NCBI GenBank assembly: GCA_002010065.2
Contig: MTMD02000014.1
Coordinates: 64,001 to 128,000, forward strand
Direction of reading: 5' to 3'
Source of the DNA: Candidatus Pyrohabitans jungbluthii
Lineage (GTDB): Archaea > Hydrothermarchaeota > Hydrothermarchaeia > Hydrothermarchaeales > BMS3B
Length of the DNA: 64,000 nt
In this document: positions 36,844 to 47,366 of the stretch, in pieces
How positions within the stretch are numbered: position 1 is the stretch's first letter
How the letters are laid out: each line of letters starts with the position of its first letter
Made by a program: the position numbers and the translations under genes
The notes under the pieces: generated by a model
Databases searched by the model: none
What the model was told of the DNA's origin: nothing
The model's input: the letters and a program-made list of their open reading frames with translations, nothing else

Positions 36844-37719
36844 CTATACCTCCAGAATCCTCTTTAACGCCTCCTTGTCAATCTTGCTGCCTATAGCCAC
36901 GAAGCTTGGCTCCGCCTCAGAGGGAAGCTCCTCTCTGCTAACCCTCCCCGAGGAAAGGTCATAGTACCAGCTTTTTCCGCCTGCTCTGAAGATCCCCTTC
37001 GCCCTTATCACCCTTCCAAACTCTCCACGCTTAAGCCTCTCAAAAAGCTCGTCGGCTTCATCAGTACTCATCTCTCTGGGCTTAGCCGAGAAGGAGTCGA
37101 AGAGCAGGTGGACGCCCTCGCTTACCCTGACTTCAACGCCGGGAAGCTTCTCAGGGAGCGTCACCTCACCGAAGGAGGAGCGAAGCACCAGAGCTGAGGG
37201 GTTTATCTCCCTCACTGTGCGCTCTACATTGAGAATCCCCTTCTCGCTGACTAGGTCCACCTTGTTTATTACCACCGCCGAAGCGTTGGCTATGGCATCT
37301 CGATAAAGGTGCTGAAAGGTCTCAAGGGGGTACAGCTCTGAGAAGGCGCTGGCGTCGATCACGCTTATCACGCCCTCAAGTTCGGCGATGCCTTTAAGGT
37401 GGGGCTCCTGTAGAGCTTCTACGATGCTGGAGGTCATAGAAACGCCAGAGGGTTCCAGGAACACCCTCTCGGGTGAAAATCTCTCCCTCAGCTCGGTGAG
37501 GGTCTCGCTGAGGTCTGCGCGCAGTGTGCAGCACACGCACCCGCTGGCAAGCTCTGCAACCTCTAGCTTGCCTGAACTCGAAACCAGCTCGCGATCTATA
37601 CCAACATCGCCGAACTCATTGACTATTACGGCAGTCTTCGAGTCTGCGTTTGAGATAATTCTACGTATTAGCGTTGTCTTTCCAGCTCCGAGAAAGCCAG
37701 AAATTACAGTAAGCTTCAT
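36844..37719 (-). CDS. CobW/COG0523 G3E GTPase metallochaperone
   Basis: GFLGAGKTT, NEFG, GCVCC, EPSG, NKVD, RAKG. Confidence 0.92.
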   Translation of the reverse strand: MKLTVISGFLGAGKTTLIRRIISNADSKTAVIVNEFGDVGIDRELVSSSGKLEVAELASGCVCCTLRADLSETLTELRERFSPERVFLEPSGVSMTSSIVEALQEPHLKGIAELEGVISVIDASAFSELYPLETFQHLYRDAIANASAVVINKVDLVSEKGILNVERTVREINPSALVLRSSFGEVTLPEKLPGVEVRVSEGVHLLFDSFSAKPREMSTDEADELFERLKRGEFGRVIRAKGIFRAGGKSWYYDLSSGRVSREELPSEAEPSFVAIGSKIDKEALKRILEV

Positions 37720-37887
37720 CCTCTTAGATTAGAAGAGCAACGAGGTTAAGGTTGAAATTCAAATATCATTTATAACTGCTTGGAATAGCCTCGCCGTATT
37801 TCAAGAAGGCTCATGCCGCCTTTAAAAGTTCTAAAATAGTTGATGCTGATTTCTGAGCAAAAATAGAAAAGAGATAGAAGATGAAGC

Positions 37888-39171
37888 TCACGCAAACATG
37901 AGCTCATTTGAGCCGAGCTTGCTCGCTGTCTGCTCTATCTTGCCCATCACCTTGCTTATAGCGTGCTGGAAGTCTAGGAAGGTTACCTCATTGCGGTCCT
38001 CGCGTATGGCAAACATCCCGGCTTCGGTGCAGATCGCTTTGATGTCTGCGCCCGTAGCACCCTCGGTTAGTGCCGCAAGCTCTTCCATGCTCACATCGCT
38101 GCTCAGGTTCATTCTCCTCGTATGAATAGCGAATATCTGCGCTCTACCCTTCTCGTCCGGCAGGGGAATCTCTATCAGGCGATCGAACCTGCCCGGGCGG
38201 AGTATGGCCGGGTCGAGTATGTCAGGGCGATTTGTAGCCGCGATAATGCGCACATCGCCACGGGCATCGAAGCCATCCATCTCTGCCAGGAGCTGCATAA
38301 GGGTGCGCTGCACCTCGCGGTCGCCGCTGGTGAGCGAGTCTGTGCGCCTGGCTGCGATGGCATCTATCTCGTCGATAAACACTATGCTGGGCGCCTTCTC
38401 CTTTGCGAGCTGGAAAAGCTCTCTTACTAGGCGAGCGCCCTCGCCTATATACTTGCGCACAAGTTCAGAGCCGATAAGCTTTATGAATACTGAGTTTGTC
38501 TCCCTCGCCACAGCCTTGGCGATGAGCGTCTTACCAGTGCCCGGCGGGCCGTAGAGTAGCACGCCCTTCGGCGGGTCTATCCCCACCTTCTCGAAGGCCT
38601 CAGGCTTGAGCAGGGGCAGTTCCACAGTCTCGCGTATCTCCTGAATCTGCTTCTCAAGCCCGCCTATATCGGAATAGCTCTCCTCAGGCTTCTCCACAAT
38701 CTCCATCGCGAGCACCGCGGGGTCCTTCTCCATAGGTAGGACGTCCACAACTGCTAAGCTCTGCTGGTTCATCGCCACCCTGGCGCCGGGCACAAGCTTA
38801 CTCCTGTCTATAAACTGGGAGGTGTTCACCAGGAACGTTGGGCCAGAGGTGCTCCTCACAACCAGCTTGCCGCTATCGAGGACATCTACTATGGTTCCTA
38901 TAATCAGCGGCATGGAGCGCAGCCTCTCAAGCTCTGAGCGAAGCCTGCGAATTTCTCGCTCCATCTGGATGCGCTCGCTCTCCAGCATGCGCTTTCTGTC
39001 CTCTAACCAGCGCAGTCGCTGTGCATAGCCGCTCTTTATGCGGTTGTTCTCATTTTTAAGCTGAACGCACTCCCGTTCAAGCTCGCGCACCTTGCTGAGA
39101 AGGTACTGGGTTATGTCCTCCCCATTCTCCGGGTTTATCTTATCGTCTTTAACTTCCTCGCTCATTTTCAT
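37888..39171 (-). CDS. pan: proteasome-activating nucleotidase
   Basis: N-terminal coiled coil, [27 protein letters not shown]. Confidence 0.96.
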   Translation of the reverse strand: MKMSEEVKDDKINPENGEDITQYLLSKVRELERECVQLKNENNRIKSGYAQRLRWLEDRKRMLESERIQMEREIRRLRSELERLRSMPLIIGTIVDVLDSGKLVVRSTSGPTFLVNTSQFIDRSKLVPGARVAMNQQSLAVVDVLPMEKDPAVLAMEIVEKPEESYSDIGGLEKQIQEIRETVELPLLKPEAFEKVGIDPPKGVLLYGPPGTGKTLIAKAVARETNSVFIKLIGSELVRKYIGEGARLVRELFQLAKEKAPSIVFIDEIDAIAARRTDSLTSGDREVQRTLMQLLAEMDGFDARGDVRIIAATNRPDILDPAILRPGRFDRLIEIPLPDEKGRAQIFAIHTRRMNLSSDVSMEELAALTEGATGADIKAICTEAGMFAIREDRNEVTFLDFQHAISKVMGKIEQTASKLGSNELMFA

Positions 39172-39258
39172 CTTCCTATAATATATTTTTCGGTGGAGTT
39201 AAATATCTATCGCCTGTATATTCAGCGGCTTTTAACCATCGCATATCCAATTGCAAAA

Positions 39259-40440
39259 TCAGGCGAGCAAAAGGCGGTTGAAGCTTGTGGCCTCTATTAA
39301 ACCCAGGCTACCAGCGCTGCACGCGCGCTCTGAGAAGCTCTCCACACTGTCGCCACGCAGCCTTGGCGAGAGTACAGCGAAAGGCACTGGCTCAGAGGTG
39401 TGGGTTTTCACCCTTATCGGCGTAGGATGGTCTGGCAGCACGGCGATGGCAGTGTCGTCGTTTAAATTATCAAGAAGCCTGCCTATGAGCTTTTCATCCA
39501 GGTCTTCTATTGCTTTAATCTTCATCTCCACGCTGCCCTCATGCCCAGCCTCGTCAGGCGCTTCAACGTGGATGTAGCAGTAGTCTACACTTTCAAGAGC
39601 CTTGAGGGCGTACTCCGCCTTGGCTGCATAGTCAGTATCGTAGTAGCCCGTGGCACCAGGCACATGCACAACCCGCATTCCAGCTAAGCAAGCGATGCCC
39701 CGAATCAGGTCCACAGCCGAGATAACCGCTCCCTCTACTCCGTACTTCTCGGAAAAGGGCTCAAGCTCTGGCTTTCTCCCCTGTCCCCAGAGCCACACCA
39801 TGTTCGCAGGCCTCTTACCCTGCTCCACCCTCTTCAGATTAACCTCATGCTCAGTGAGCACCTCCCTTGAGCGGAGCATCATCTCGTTGAGCTTCGCCGC
39901 GCTCTCGTTCTGTCGTGGCTTGAGCAGATAATCATCTATGCTCTCCCCAACTATATCGTGGGGAGGCGTCGCCCTGAGCTCCTCGCCGAAGGAGCACACA
40001 AAGAGGTTGCGGTAGCTCACCCCTGGATAAAACTTTCCAAAGGGTGCAATCTCAGCCTCGTTCAACGCAGAGAGCAGCGCTTTGGCTTCCTCGCTGCTCA
40101 CATGCCCTGCGGTGAAGTCGGCAATTTTACCATTCTCCACTGTTATCAGGTTGCACCTGAAGGCGACGTCGCCCGGGCCAAGCTCAACGCCTATACTCGC
40201 TGCCTCAAGGGGACCCCGCCCCGTGTACACCCTTCGCGGGTCGTAGCCTAGGATAGCCAGGTTAGCGATGTCGGAGCCCGCGTCCATGCCTTTGGGGATA
40301 GTGCGAATCATACCTGTGGCGCCTTTCCTGGCTATATAATCCATATTGGGCGTATTCGCCTCCTCCAGGGGTGTTTTCCCGCCAAGCTCTTCCAGCGGGT
40401 AATCCGCCATTCCGTCGCCCACTACCACGAGGTACTTCAT
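39259..40440 (-). CDS. apgM: cofactor-independent phosphoglycerate mutase family (proposed homoserine kinase type)
   Basis: GDGMAD, GSDIAN, GRGPLEA, EAPDEAGH, PDHPTP; co-transcribed after thrC. Confidence 0.88.
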   Translation of the reverse strand: MKYLVVVGDGMADYPLEELGGKTPLEEANTPNMDYIARKGATGMIRTIPKGMDAGSDIANLAILGYDPRRVYTGRGPLEAASIGVELGPGDVAFRCNLITVENGKIADFTAGHVSSEEAKALLSALNEAEIAPFGKFYPGVSYRNLFVCSFGEELRATPPHDIVGESIDDYLLKPRQNESAAKLNEMMLRSREVLTEHEVNLKRVEQGKRPANMVWLWGQGRKPELEPFSEKYGVEGAVISAVDLIRGIACLAGMRVVHVPGATGYYDTDYAAKAEYALKALESVDYCYIHVEAPDEAGHEGSVEMKIKAIEDLDEKLIGRLLDNLNDDTAIAVLPDHPTPIRVKTHTSEPVPFAVLSPRLRGDSVESFSERACSAGSLGLIEATSFNRLLLA

Positions 40441-40444
40441 TGCC

Positions 40445-41659
40445 TCACCCGTTGATGACCTTCTCCAGCGCCTCTATACTTGGCTCTATCTCAATGGGCT
40501 TCTCGTAACGATGGAAGATTATCTCCGGGTCTTTGAGCGCATGCCCTGTGGTCACGCAAACAATGCGCTCGCTTCTGTCTATTTCGCCTGCTTCCACAAG
40601 TTTCTTTAGCCCGGCGACGCTGGCAGCACTCGCGGGTTCAACGCCAACGCCAAGCTTGCGCGCCAGTAACTTCTGTGCTTCGATTATCTCCTCGTCAGTA
40701 ACGCTCTCCGCAATTCCACGACTCTCCTTCAGGGCGAGAAGCGCCTTAGGCGCATTCACGGGTGCGCCTATTCTTATCGCCGTGGCGATTGTCTCAGGCT
40801 TGGGCTCAGGGGTGACGCTGCTTTCACCAGCTTTGAAAGCTCTGACGAGAGGTGAAGCTCCTTCAGCTTGAATACCAGTCATCACGGGCAGTTCATCTAT
40901 AAGCCCAAGCTCATGGAACTCCTTGAAACCCTTCCATATCGCCGAGATGTTTCCGCAGTTGCCCACGGGTACGACTACTCGATCGGGAGCCTCGAAACCG
41001 AGCTGGTCGGCGATCTCAAAAGCTTCGCTCTTCTGCCCCTCTAAGCGCCACGGATTTATAGAGTTGAGCAGGTAGATATTGTGCTTTGCGCATATCTCAC
41101 GTACCAGCTTGAGTGCGACGTCGAAATTGGCTTTAATTCCCACAACGATGGCGCCATGCAGCAGCGCCTGGGCGAGCTTTCCTATGGCGATTTTTCCCGC
41201 TGGAAGAAGTACAAGGCATTTAATGCCTGCCTTTGCTGCATAGGCTGCTAGCGATGCTGAGGTGTTGCCCGTGGAAGCGCAGCCAACCGCCGTTGCCCCA
41301 AGCTCCAGTGCCTTGGTAACGCCAACTGTCATCCCGCGGTCCTTAAATGAGCCCGTGGGATTGGCACCCTCGTTCTTTATATAAAGCTCCTTGACTCCAA
41401 TCTCCTCAGCGATGGTATCGGCTCTGTACAGGGGGGTTCCACCCTCATTGAGACTAACCACCCTCGTGTAATCCTCCACAGGCATCAGCTCGCGGTACCG
41501 CCACAGGTTGAAAGCACGGCTTTCAATCTCAGCTTTTGTTACTGAAATCTCGCTCAGGTCGAAAACGACCTCGAGCAGCCCCGAGCAGCGAGGGCACTGG
41601 TATATGACCTCTCTGCGGTCGTAAACCTCTCCGCATGCGATGCATCTAAGATGGAACAT
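40445..41659 (-). CDS. thrC: threonine synthase
   Basis: NPTGSFKDRG, ASTGNTS, PVGNCGN, EPASA. Confidence 0.95.
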   Translation of the reverse strand: MFHLRCIACGEVYDRREVIYQCPRCSGLLEVVFDLSEISVTKAEIESRAFNLWRYRELMPVEDYTRVVSLNEGGTPLYRADTIAEEIGVKELYIKNEGANPTGSFKDRGMTVGVTKALELGATAVGCASTGNTSASLAAYAAKAGIKCLVLLPAGKIAIGKLAQALLHGAIVVGIKANFDVALKLVREICAKHNIYLLNSINPWRLEGQKSEAFEIADQLGFEAPDRVVVPVGNCGNISAIWKGFKEFHELGLIDELPVMTGIQAEGASPLVRAFKAGESSVTPEPKPETIATAIRIGAPVNAPKALLALKESRGIAESVTDEEIIEAQKLLARKLGVGVEPASAASVAGLKKLVEAGEIDRSERIVCVTTGHALKDPEIIFHRYEKPIEIEPSIEALEKVING

Positions 41660-42492
41660 CAGGACTTACCTCCTTGCGATACTGCATCAACATAAAAGAC
41701 TGCCCTGTAGGTGTACATGAAACACGTTGCGATAGTATTGGTAATTATGAGGATGAGGATTAAAACCACCCCGAGCCCAAAGCTGGGCGCCGGGAGAGTG
41801 CCTGCCTCAAGTTCTGCGACGCTAAGCTCAGGGATAGTGCTGAGGGCATGGTAGAAGAACACCAGTGCCATGGGTATATAGAGCAGGAGCATGGTAAAGG
41901 CAGATAGCAGAAGAAAGCCCAGCACAGAGATGGCATGAGATTTAACAAAGTTAAAGCTGTTTTTGAAGGTCTTTATGGGGTCGAGTCCATCTATGGCAAC
42001 GCCCACATCATAGAAGTTCAGCATTATGAGCACCGCGCCCAGCAGCAGAAAGCCAAGTAGTATAAAAATCAATGCAGAAGCAAGGGCGAAGTCCGGAGAG
42101 AACAGTGCCTTCGCAGCCAAGGCAAAGATTACTCCTATAATTATCAGCACAACAACACCCACAACGATGAGTATTAAGTAAATTATGCTTGCCAGCAGTA
42201 AGTAGATGTATCTCTTCTTCGCATTGCTCAGGAAACTGCTCACACTCACCTCGCTGCGAAGCGCCTCAGCAGCGGTTGCGAGTAATCCACCTGTAAAGAA
42301 TGGAGTGAGGAGCCACAGTAGTAGGGAGTAGGCTACACTCACCGCGACCACGCCGGCGCTTGTGCCGGAGTAGAAAAGCTGGAGGAGCATCTGGGGCAGA
42401 GAGAGGATGGTGTAGATAAGCGCGGGAAGAAGCAGCGCATGCCTGGTAAGCGCCAGCTTCCACGCGGCAGGAAAAGAGCTCAATGCACCCAT
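41659..42492 (-). CDS. integral membrane protein
   Basis: About 6 hydrophobic helices; coupled to thrC. Confidence 0.75.
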   Translation of the reverse strand: MGALSSFPAAWKLALTRHALLLPALIYTILSLPQMLLQLFYSGTSAGVVAVSVAYSLLLWLLTPFFTGGLLATAAEALRSEVSVSSFLSNAKKRYIYLLLASIIYLILIVVGVVVLIIIGVIFALAAKALFSPDFALASALIFILLGFLLLGAVLIMLNFYDVGVAIDGLDPIKTFKNSFNFVKSHAISVLGFLLLSAFTMLLLYIPMALVFFYHALSTIPELSVAELEAGTLPAPSFGLGVVLILILIITNTIATCFMYTYRAVFYVDAVSQGGKS

Positions 42493-42529
42493 GAGTGATG
42501 GAATGGCAAAGGGAGTATATAATCTTTCC

Positions 42530-42784
42530 CTACTGCTCCTCTATAAGCTCAGACAGAGTGCCACTTGCAACCTCTGCTTTTCTTTCAGCGCTCTCAGGTT
42601 TTTGAGCACCCCTTTTGAGGTGTTCTCCACCCTTCACCCAGATTTTCTTAAGGGCGAAGATCAGCAGGGCAATCAGCAGAACTATGTTTGCAGAGAGAAT
42701 AAAAATGAATACTTCCAGTGGGATTCCAACATTAGTAGAGGTCTGAGCAAGCCAGAGATTGAAATCTTCCAGGAGTGAAGCCAT
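42530..42784 (-). CDS. small membrane hypothetical protein
   Basis: One TM segment. Confidence 0.5.
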   Translation of the reverse strand: MASLLEDFNLWLAQTSTNVGIPLEVFIFILSANIVLLIALLIFALKKIWVKGGEHLKRGAQKPESAERKAEVASGTLSELIEEQ

Positions 42785-42867
42785 GAAAGAGTTTTAGCCT
42801 GATTGTGATATATACCTTATCCTTGATTATTCAGGCGTTAATCTTCATGCTATGCATCGGTGATAGA

Positions 42868-43692
42868 ATGAGGATTAAAGTGCTGATGGAAAATAGTGTG
42901 TTGAACCCTATTAGAGCGTGCGGTGAGCATGGGCTGGCGCTCCTCATAGAAACGCAGGGGAAGCGCTTCCTTTTTGACACAGGGCAGAGCGAGAGGATTG
43001 TTGAGAATGCTCTTACGATGAGGGAGGAACTCAGAGACCTGGATGGGATAATAATCAGTCATGGGCACTATGACCATACCGGCGGGCTTAAAGCTGTTAT
43101 TGAGGCTGCTGGAGGGGTGGACGTATACGCTCACCCCGACATCTTCACACCTAGATACGGAAAAGAGCCCTTCAACAGGTACATTGGCGTGCCCTTCAGG
43201 AGGGAAGACCTGGAAAGCATAGGCGCGAGATTCATACCCGTGGTTGAGCCGGTGGAAGTTGTTCCCGGGCTGTGGATAAGCGGAGAGGTTCCAAGGAGAA
43301 CAGACTTTGAGGGTAGGGATAAAAATCTGTATGTGCTTGAGGGCGATGAGGAGAGAGTCGACCCCTTCAGGGATGACCTGAGCCTCTACGCGACTCTGGC
43401 TGAGGGGGTGCTGGTGATACTTGGATGTGCCCACGCAGGTGTGGTTAACATCATAGAGCACGCCAAGGAGGTAACAGGGAAGAAGGATGTTTATGGAATA
43501 CTGGGTGGGACCCACCTCGGGTTAGCGGGTGAGGAGCAGAGGAGTAAAACCATAGAGTACTTCAAAAACCTCAATCTGAAATTTCTTGCACCAAACCACT
43601 GCACCGGCTTGGCAATTATTTCAGAACTCAGGGCGATGTACGGCGATAAAATGCACTTCGCATCGGTTGGGGCTGAGTTCGAGTTTGAGTGA
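42868..43692 (+). CDS. MBL-fold protein, COG1237/MJ0301-like (annotated in methanopterin biosynthesis)
   Basis: GEHGL, FDTG, SHGHYDHTGG, GCAHAG, GGTHL, HCTG. Confidence 0.82.
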   Translation: MRIKVLMENSVLNPIRACGEHGLALLIETQGKRFLFDTGQSERIVENALTMREELRDLDGIIISHGHYDHTGGLKAVIEAAGGVDVYAHPDIFTPRYGKEPFNRYIGVPFRREDLESIGARFIPVVEPVEVVPGLWISGEVPRRTDFEGRDKNLYVLEGDEERVDPFRDDLSLYATLAEGVLVILGCAHAGVVNIIEHAKEVTGKKDVYGILGGTHLGLAGEEQRSKTIEYFKNLNLKFLAPNHCTGLAIISELRAMYGDKMHFASVGAEFEFE

Positions 43693-43726
43693 GATATCTC
43701 CCTACGGCGTGAGATGAGGAATAGGC

Positions 43727-45097
43727 ATGGAAGACTCTTCAAACAAAAGAATCGCCTTACTTATTGCCACAATGGGCTCTTTCCTCACACCTTTCATGGT
43801 TTCCTCTGTGAACATTGCCCTCCCATTAATTGCGGAAGAATTTGCAATGGACGCTGTGCTGCTTGGCTGGGTTGCCACCTCATTTCTCTTGGCCGCGGCT
43901 ATGTTTCTTGTCCCTTTTGGGAGGATAGCAGACATACATGGAAGGAAGAGGATTTTTACCTGTGGAATCTTAATTTATACTTTTTCATCTTTTCTTTGTG
44001 CGATTTCGACCTCTTCAGCTCTGCTCATCTCTTTCCGAATTTTGCAGGGAATAGGGAGTGCGATGATATTTGGTACTGGGGTAGCGATTCTAACCTCAGT
44101 GTTTCCTGCCCAAGAAAGGGGTAAAGCCCTAGGAATAAATGTTGCTTCTGTCTACTTGGGACTTTCTCTTGGACCATTCTTTGGCGGATTTTTAGCGCAG
44201 CACTTTGGGTGGAGAAGCATTTTTCTTGTAAATGTGCCTTTAGGCTTGCTAATAGCTGCTCTTATTTTCTGGAAATTGAAGGGTGAGTGGGCTGAAGCGA
44301 AGGGAGAGAGCTTTGACTTTACGGGTTCTATAATCTACAGCTTAACGCTTATAGCGGTAATGTATGGTTTTTCTCTGTTGCCAGCAAGGGCAGGTGCATG
44401 GCTGATTTTAATAGGTGCCTTGGGGATTTTTGCTTTTGTTAAGTGGGAAACTAAGCAGGAGAGTCCTGTTCTGGATATAAATTTCTTCAGAAAAAATAAA
44501 GTATTCGCTTTCTCTAACTTAGCGGCGTTGATTAATTACAGCGCCACATTTGCTGTGAGCTTTCTTCTAAGCCTTTACCTGCAGTATATTAGATCACTCA
44601 GCCCGCAAAATGCAGGCTTGGTGCTGGTTTCTCAGCCCGTTGTTCAGGCAATTTTTTCACCCTTTGCTGGAAGGCTATCAGACAGGATTGAGCCACGAAT
44701 AGTTGCTTCAATAGGAATGGCGTTTACATTTTTGGGACTTTTTCTTTTCACTTTTTTAAACGAAAGAACGCCTTTGGAGTTCATTTTGGCCAGCTTAATC
44801 CTTCTCGGTTTTGGCTTTGCCCTTTTCTCATCTCCGAATACAAATGCTGTTATGTCTTCAGTTGAAAATAGATTTTACGGGGTAGCCTCGGGAATACTCG
44901 GGACTATGAGACTTATTGGGCAGATGCTAAGCATGGGAATTGTTATGCTGATATTCGCATTATATATTGGAAGAGTGGAAATTACACCTGAATATTATCC
45001 TGCTTTTCTTAGGAGTGTGAAAATAGCATTCTTCATTTTCGCATTCCTTTGTTTTGGGGGTATATTTGCATCCCTTGCAAGAGGTAAGGTAAGGTGA
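43727..45097 (+). CDS. MFS transporter (DHA2-like)
   Basis: VNIALP, GRIADIHGRKR, ERGKALG, many TM helices. Confidence 0.92.
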   Translation: MEDSSNKRIALLIATMGSFLTPFMVSSVNIALPLIAEEFAMDAVLLGWVATSFLLAAAMFLVPFGRIADIHGRKRIFTCGILIYTFSSFLCAISTSSALLISFRILQGIGSAMIFGTGVAILTSVFPAQERGKALGINVASVYLGLSLGPFFGGFLAQHFGWRSIFLVNVPLGLLIAALIFWKLKGEWAEAKGESFDFTGSIIYSLTLIAVMYGFSLLPARAGAWLILIGALGIFAFVKWETKQESPVLDINFFRKNKVFAFSNLAALINYSATFAVSFLLSLYLQYIRSLSPQNAGLVLVSQPVVQAIFSPFAGRLSDRIEPRIVASIGMAFTFLGLFLFTFLNERTPLEFILASLILLGFGFALFSSPNTNAVMSSVENRFYGVASGILGTMRLIGQMLSMGIVMLIFALYIGRVEITPEYYPAFLRSVKIAFFIFAFLCFGGIFASLARGKVR

Positions 45098-45158
45098 TTA
45101 AGCTGCTCGAAACCCTTATATATCCCCCGTTTTTATAATATCCTAAAGGAGGAATAGT

Positions 45159-45587
45159 ATGGGACTGAAAGACCTTTTTACAAAGTTTCAGGGGAGCACT
45201 TCCAGAACTTATACTAACCTTGAAGATTATGTGGAGATTGAGATTCAGGAGGGTATGCCCGAGGAGAGAGGCAGCGCCGGGAAGTATGTTAAGGTGTGCA
45301 AGCTCGGTGGCTTTGCAGACGTAGACATCTCCGCAAGGGAGCTTAGCAATGGCAATGTGGTTATACTTGACATTAAACCCCTCGCCGAGAGGAGCATGAA
45401 TGAACTAAAGCATGCGGTGGATGAGATAAAGGAAATAGTATCGAGCATGGGAGGGGATATCGCTGGGCTCAGTGAGTATCTGCTCATACTAACCCCGCCC
45501 TACATGAAGATAGAGAGGAGTACCGAAGCTCGAGCTACTGACTTCGAAGAAGCCATGGAACGGGTGAGGAAGAGGGTTGCAAAGTAA
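45159..45587 (+). CDS. sepF: cell division protein SepF
   Basis: GNVVILDI...GGDIAGL..LILTP. Confidence 0.88.
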   Translation: MGLKDLFTKFQGSTSRTYTNLEDYVEIEIQEGMPEERGSAGKYVKVCKLGGFADVDISARELSNGNVVILDIKPLAERSMNELKHAVDEIKEIVSSMGGDIAGLSEYLLILTPPYMKIERSTEARATDFEEAMERVRKRVAK

Positions 45588-46119
45588 TGTAAAGCTGTCT
45601 ACGCCCTGCCCTGCGTGCGGTAACGAAAAAGCTACCCTTGAGTTCTTTCAGTTTAACATACCTTACTTTGGGGAGGTAATGGAAAGCGTTCTTCTGTGCA
45701 GGCGCTGCGGCTATCGCCACACCGATGTGATGGTGCTTGAGCAGAAGGAGCCAGCCAAGTACACCCTGGTTATTGACAGCGCCGAGGACATGTACATTCG
45801 AGTTATACGTTCGAGCAGCGCAACTATAGAAGTGCCGGAGCTTGGAATAGAGGTTACCCCTGGGAGCGAGGCTCAGGGCTTCGTTTCAAACGTGGAGGGC
45901 GTGCTTCTGCGTATGGAAGAAGCGGTGCGCACTGCCCAGAGGTGGGCGGAGAGCGAAGCCGCCAAAAAGCGTGCAAAGGAGCTTTTGAGGGAGATAGCTG
46001 AGATTAAGGCAGGGAAGAGGCGGGCTACGCTGATAATCTCTGATCCCACAGGCAACAGCGCCATAATATCAGAAAAAGCCAGGAAGGAGGCATTAGGTGA
46101 AGATAGCCCGGGCGAGTAA
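45577..46119 (+). CDS. ZPR1 zinc finger protein
   Basis: CPACG, IPYFGE, C..CGY, VSNVEG, DPTGNS. Confidence 0.92.
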   Translation: MQSNVKLSTPCPACGNEKATLEFFQFNIPYFGEVMESVLLCRRCGYRHTDVMVLEQKEPAKYTLVIDSAEDMYIRVIRSSSATIEVPELGIEVTPGSEAQGFVSNVEGVLLRMEEAVRTAQRWAESEAAKKRAKELLREIAEIKAGKRRATLIISDPTGNSAIISEKARKEALGEDSPGE

Positions 46120-46591
46120 AGGCGAGAGGGAGGTCATAAGGCGGGGGGTGGAGAAGTACGGCGCAAGCTTGAAGGAGGTGCTTCATGGCAGGGAGCTTCT
46201 CGTTGCAAAAAATGGCAGACGCGTGGTGAGTGTCGCCTCCCGCAAAGTGCTTGAAACACTGAAAAGGATGAGGCGCGAGCCCTACAGCGCAGGGCTTGCG
46301 ATAGGAGAAATAAAGAGGGGAGAGTTCAAGCTCGGCTTGGAAGGCGCTTACCTAATAGCAGGACGGGCAAAGAAGTATGTGAAGGTGAATGAAAAGGGGG
46401 AACAGTTAGTTTTATATGGGAGAGATGTCTTTATAAACTCGGTAGTTGAGCAGGGCGAGATAGAGAAAGGAGACCCCTGCTTTATACTCAATCTGCGCGG
46501 CGAGCCTCTCGCTCTAGGCAGAGTGCGCATGGGAAATATTTTTGTGGAAAACCTGCAGGACAGAGGCATGTATTTGAGGAAAGGAGAGTAG
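46097..46591 (+). CDS. NIP7/PUA-domain RNA-binding protein
   Basis: PYSAG..IG, LYGRDVF, D.G.YLR. Confidence 0.8.
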   Translation: MKIARASKGEREVIRRGVEKYGASLKEVLHGRELLVAKNGRRVVSVASRKVLETLKRMRREPYSAGLAIGEIKRGEFKLGLEGAYLIAGRAKKYVKVNEKGEQLVLYGRDVFINSVVEQGEIEKGDPCFILNLRGEPLALGRVRMGNIFVENLQDRGMYLRKGE

Positions 46592-46595
46592 GGCT

Positions 46596-47366
46596 ATGGT
46601 TCTGGAAAAGGGTGATTTTGTAAAGATAAATTATACGGGCAGGATAAAGGACGGCGAGGTATTTGACACCACCATTGAGGAGGTTGCCAAGGAGCACGGA
46701 ATTTACGACCCCAGGGTTAGGTTCAAGGCTCAGGCTATTGTTATAGGTGCCGGGCACGTAATCCCCGGCCTGGACGAAGCCCTCGTTGGTATGGAAGTTG
46801 GAGAGAAGCGCGTGATCGAGGTTCCGCCTGAGAAGGGCTTCGGGTTGCGGGATCCCAGCAAGGTTAAGGTTGTGCCTCTGCGCGAGTTTAAGAAGCAGGG
46901 GTTGAAGCCATACCCCGGGATGCGCATAGAGGCAGAGGGCAAGGTAGGCAGGGTGCAGAGCGTCTCAGGCGGCCGCGTGCTGGTGGACTTCAACTCTGAG
47001 CTAGCCGGCAAGACGCTCGTTTATGAGGTGAATGTGGAGGAGAAGATAAACAAGCTGGAGGAGAAGATTCGCCTGCTGCTGGAGAGGCACTTCCCGTACG
47101 CTGACCCCAATGAGCACGAGATTCGCTGTGAGGACGGCAGGGCGATTATTACTCTGAGCGACGCTGTTAAGCTGCGAAGCGATGCCTTTATCGCCAAACA
47201 TCTCGTTGCAAAGGAGATATTCGAATACCTGGACGGAATAAACGAAGTGGAGTTCCAGGAGATATTCAAGAAGCCGGAGGAGAAAAAAGAGGAGAAGGTT
47301 GAAGAGAAGAAGCAGGAGAAAAAGAAGGCAAAGCCGAAGAGGAGGAGAAGGAAGAAGTCGAGTTAG
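46596..47366 (+). CDS. long-type FKBP peptidyl-prolyl isomerase
   Basis: YTG..VFDTT, IPGLDEAL, PPEKGFG, DFN..LAGK; K/E-rich tail. Confidence 0.92.
   Translation: MVLEKGDFVKINYTGRIKDGEVFDTTIEEVAKEHGIYDPRVRFKAQAIVIGAGHVIPGLDEALVGMEVGEKRVIEVPPEKGFGLRDPSKVKVVPLREFKKQGLKPYPGMRIEAEGKVGRVQSVSGGRVLVDFNSELAGKTLVYEVNVEEKINKLEEKIRLLLERHFPYADPNEHEIRCEDGRAIITLSDAVKLRSDAFIAKHLVAKEIFEYLDGINEVEFQEIFKKPEEKKEEKVEEKKQEKKKAKPKRRRRKKSS

Noticed and set aside
47270-47366. Purine-rich low-complexity repeat
   Set aside because: It simply encodes the Lys/Glu-rich tail of the FKBP.
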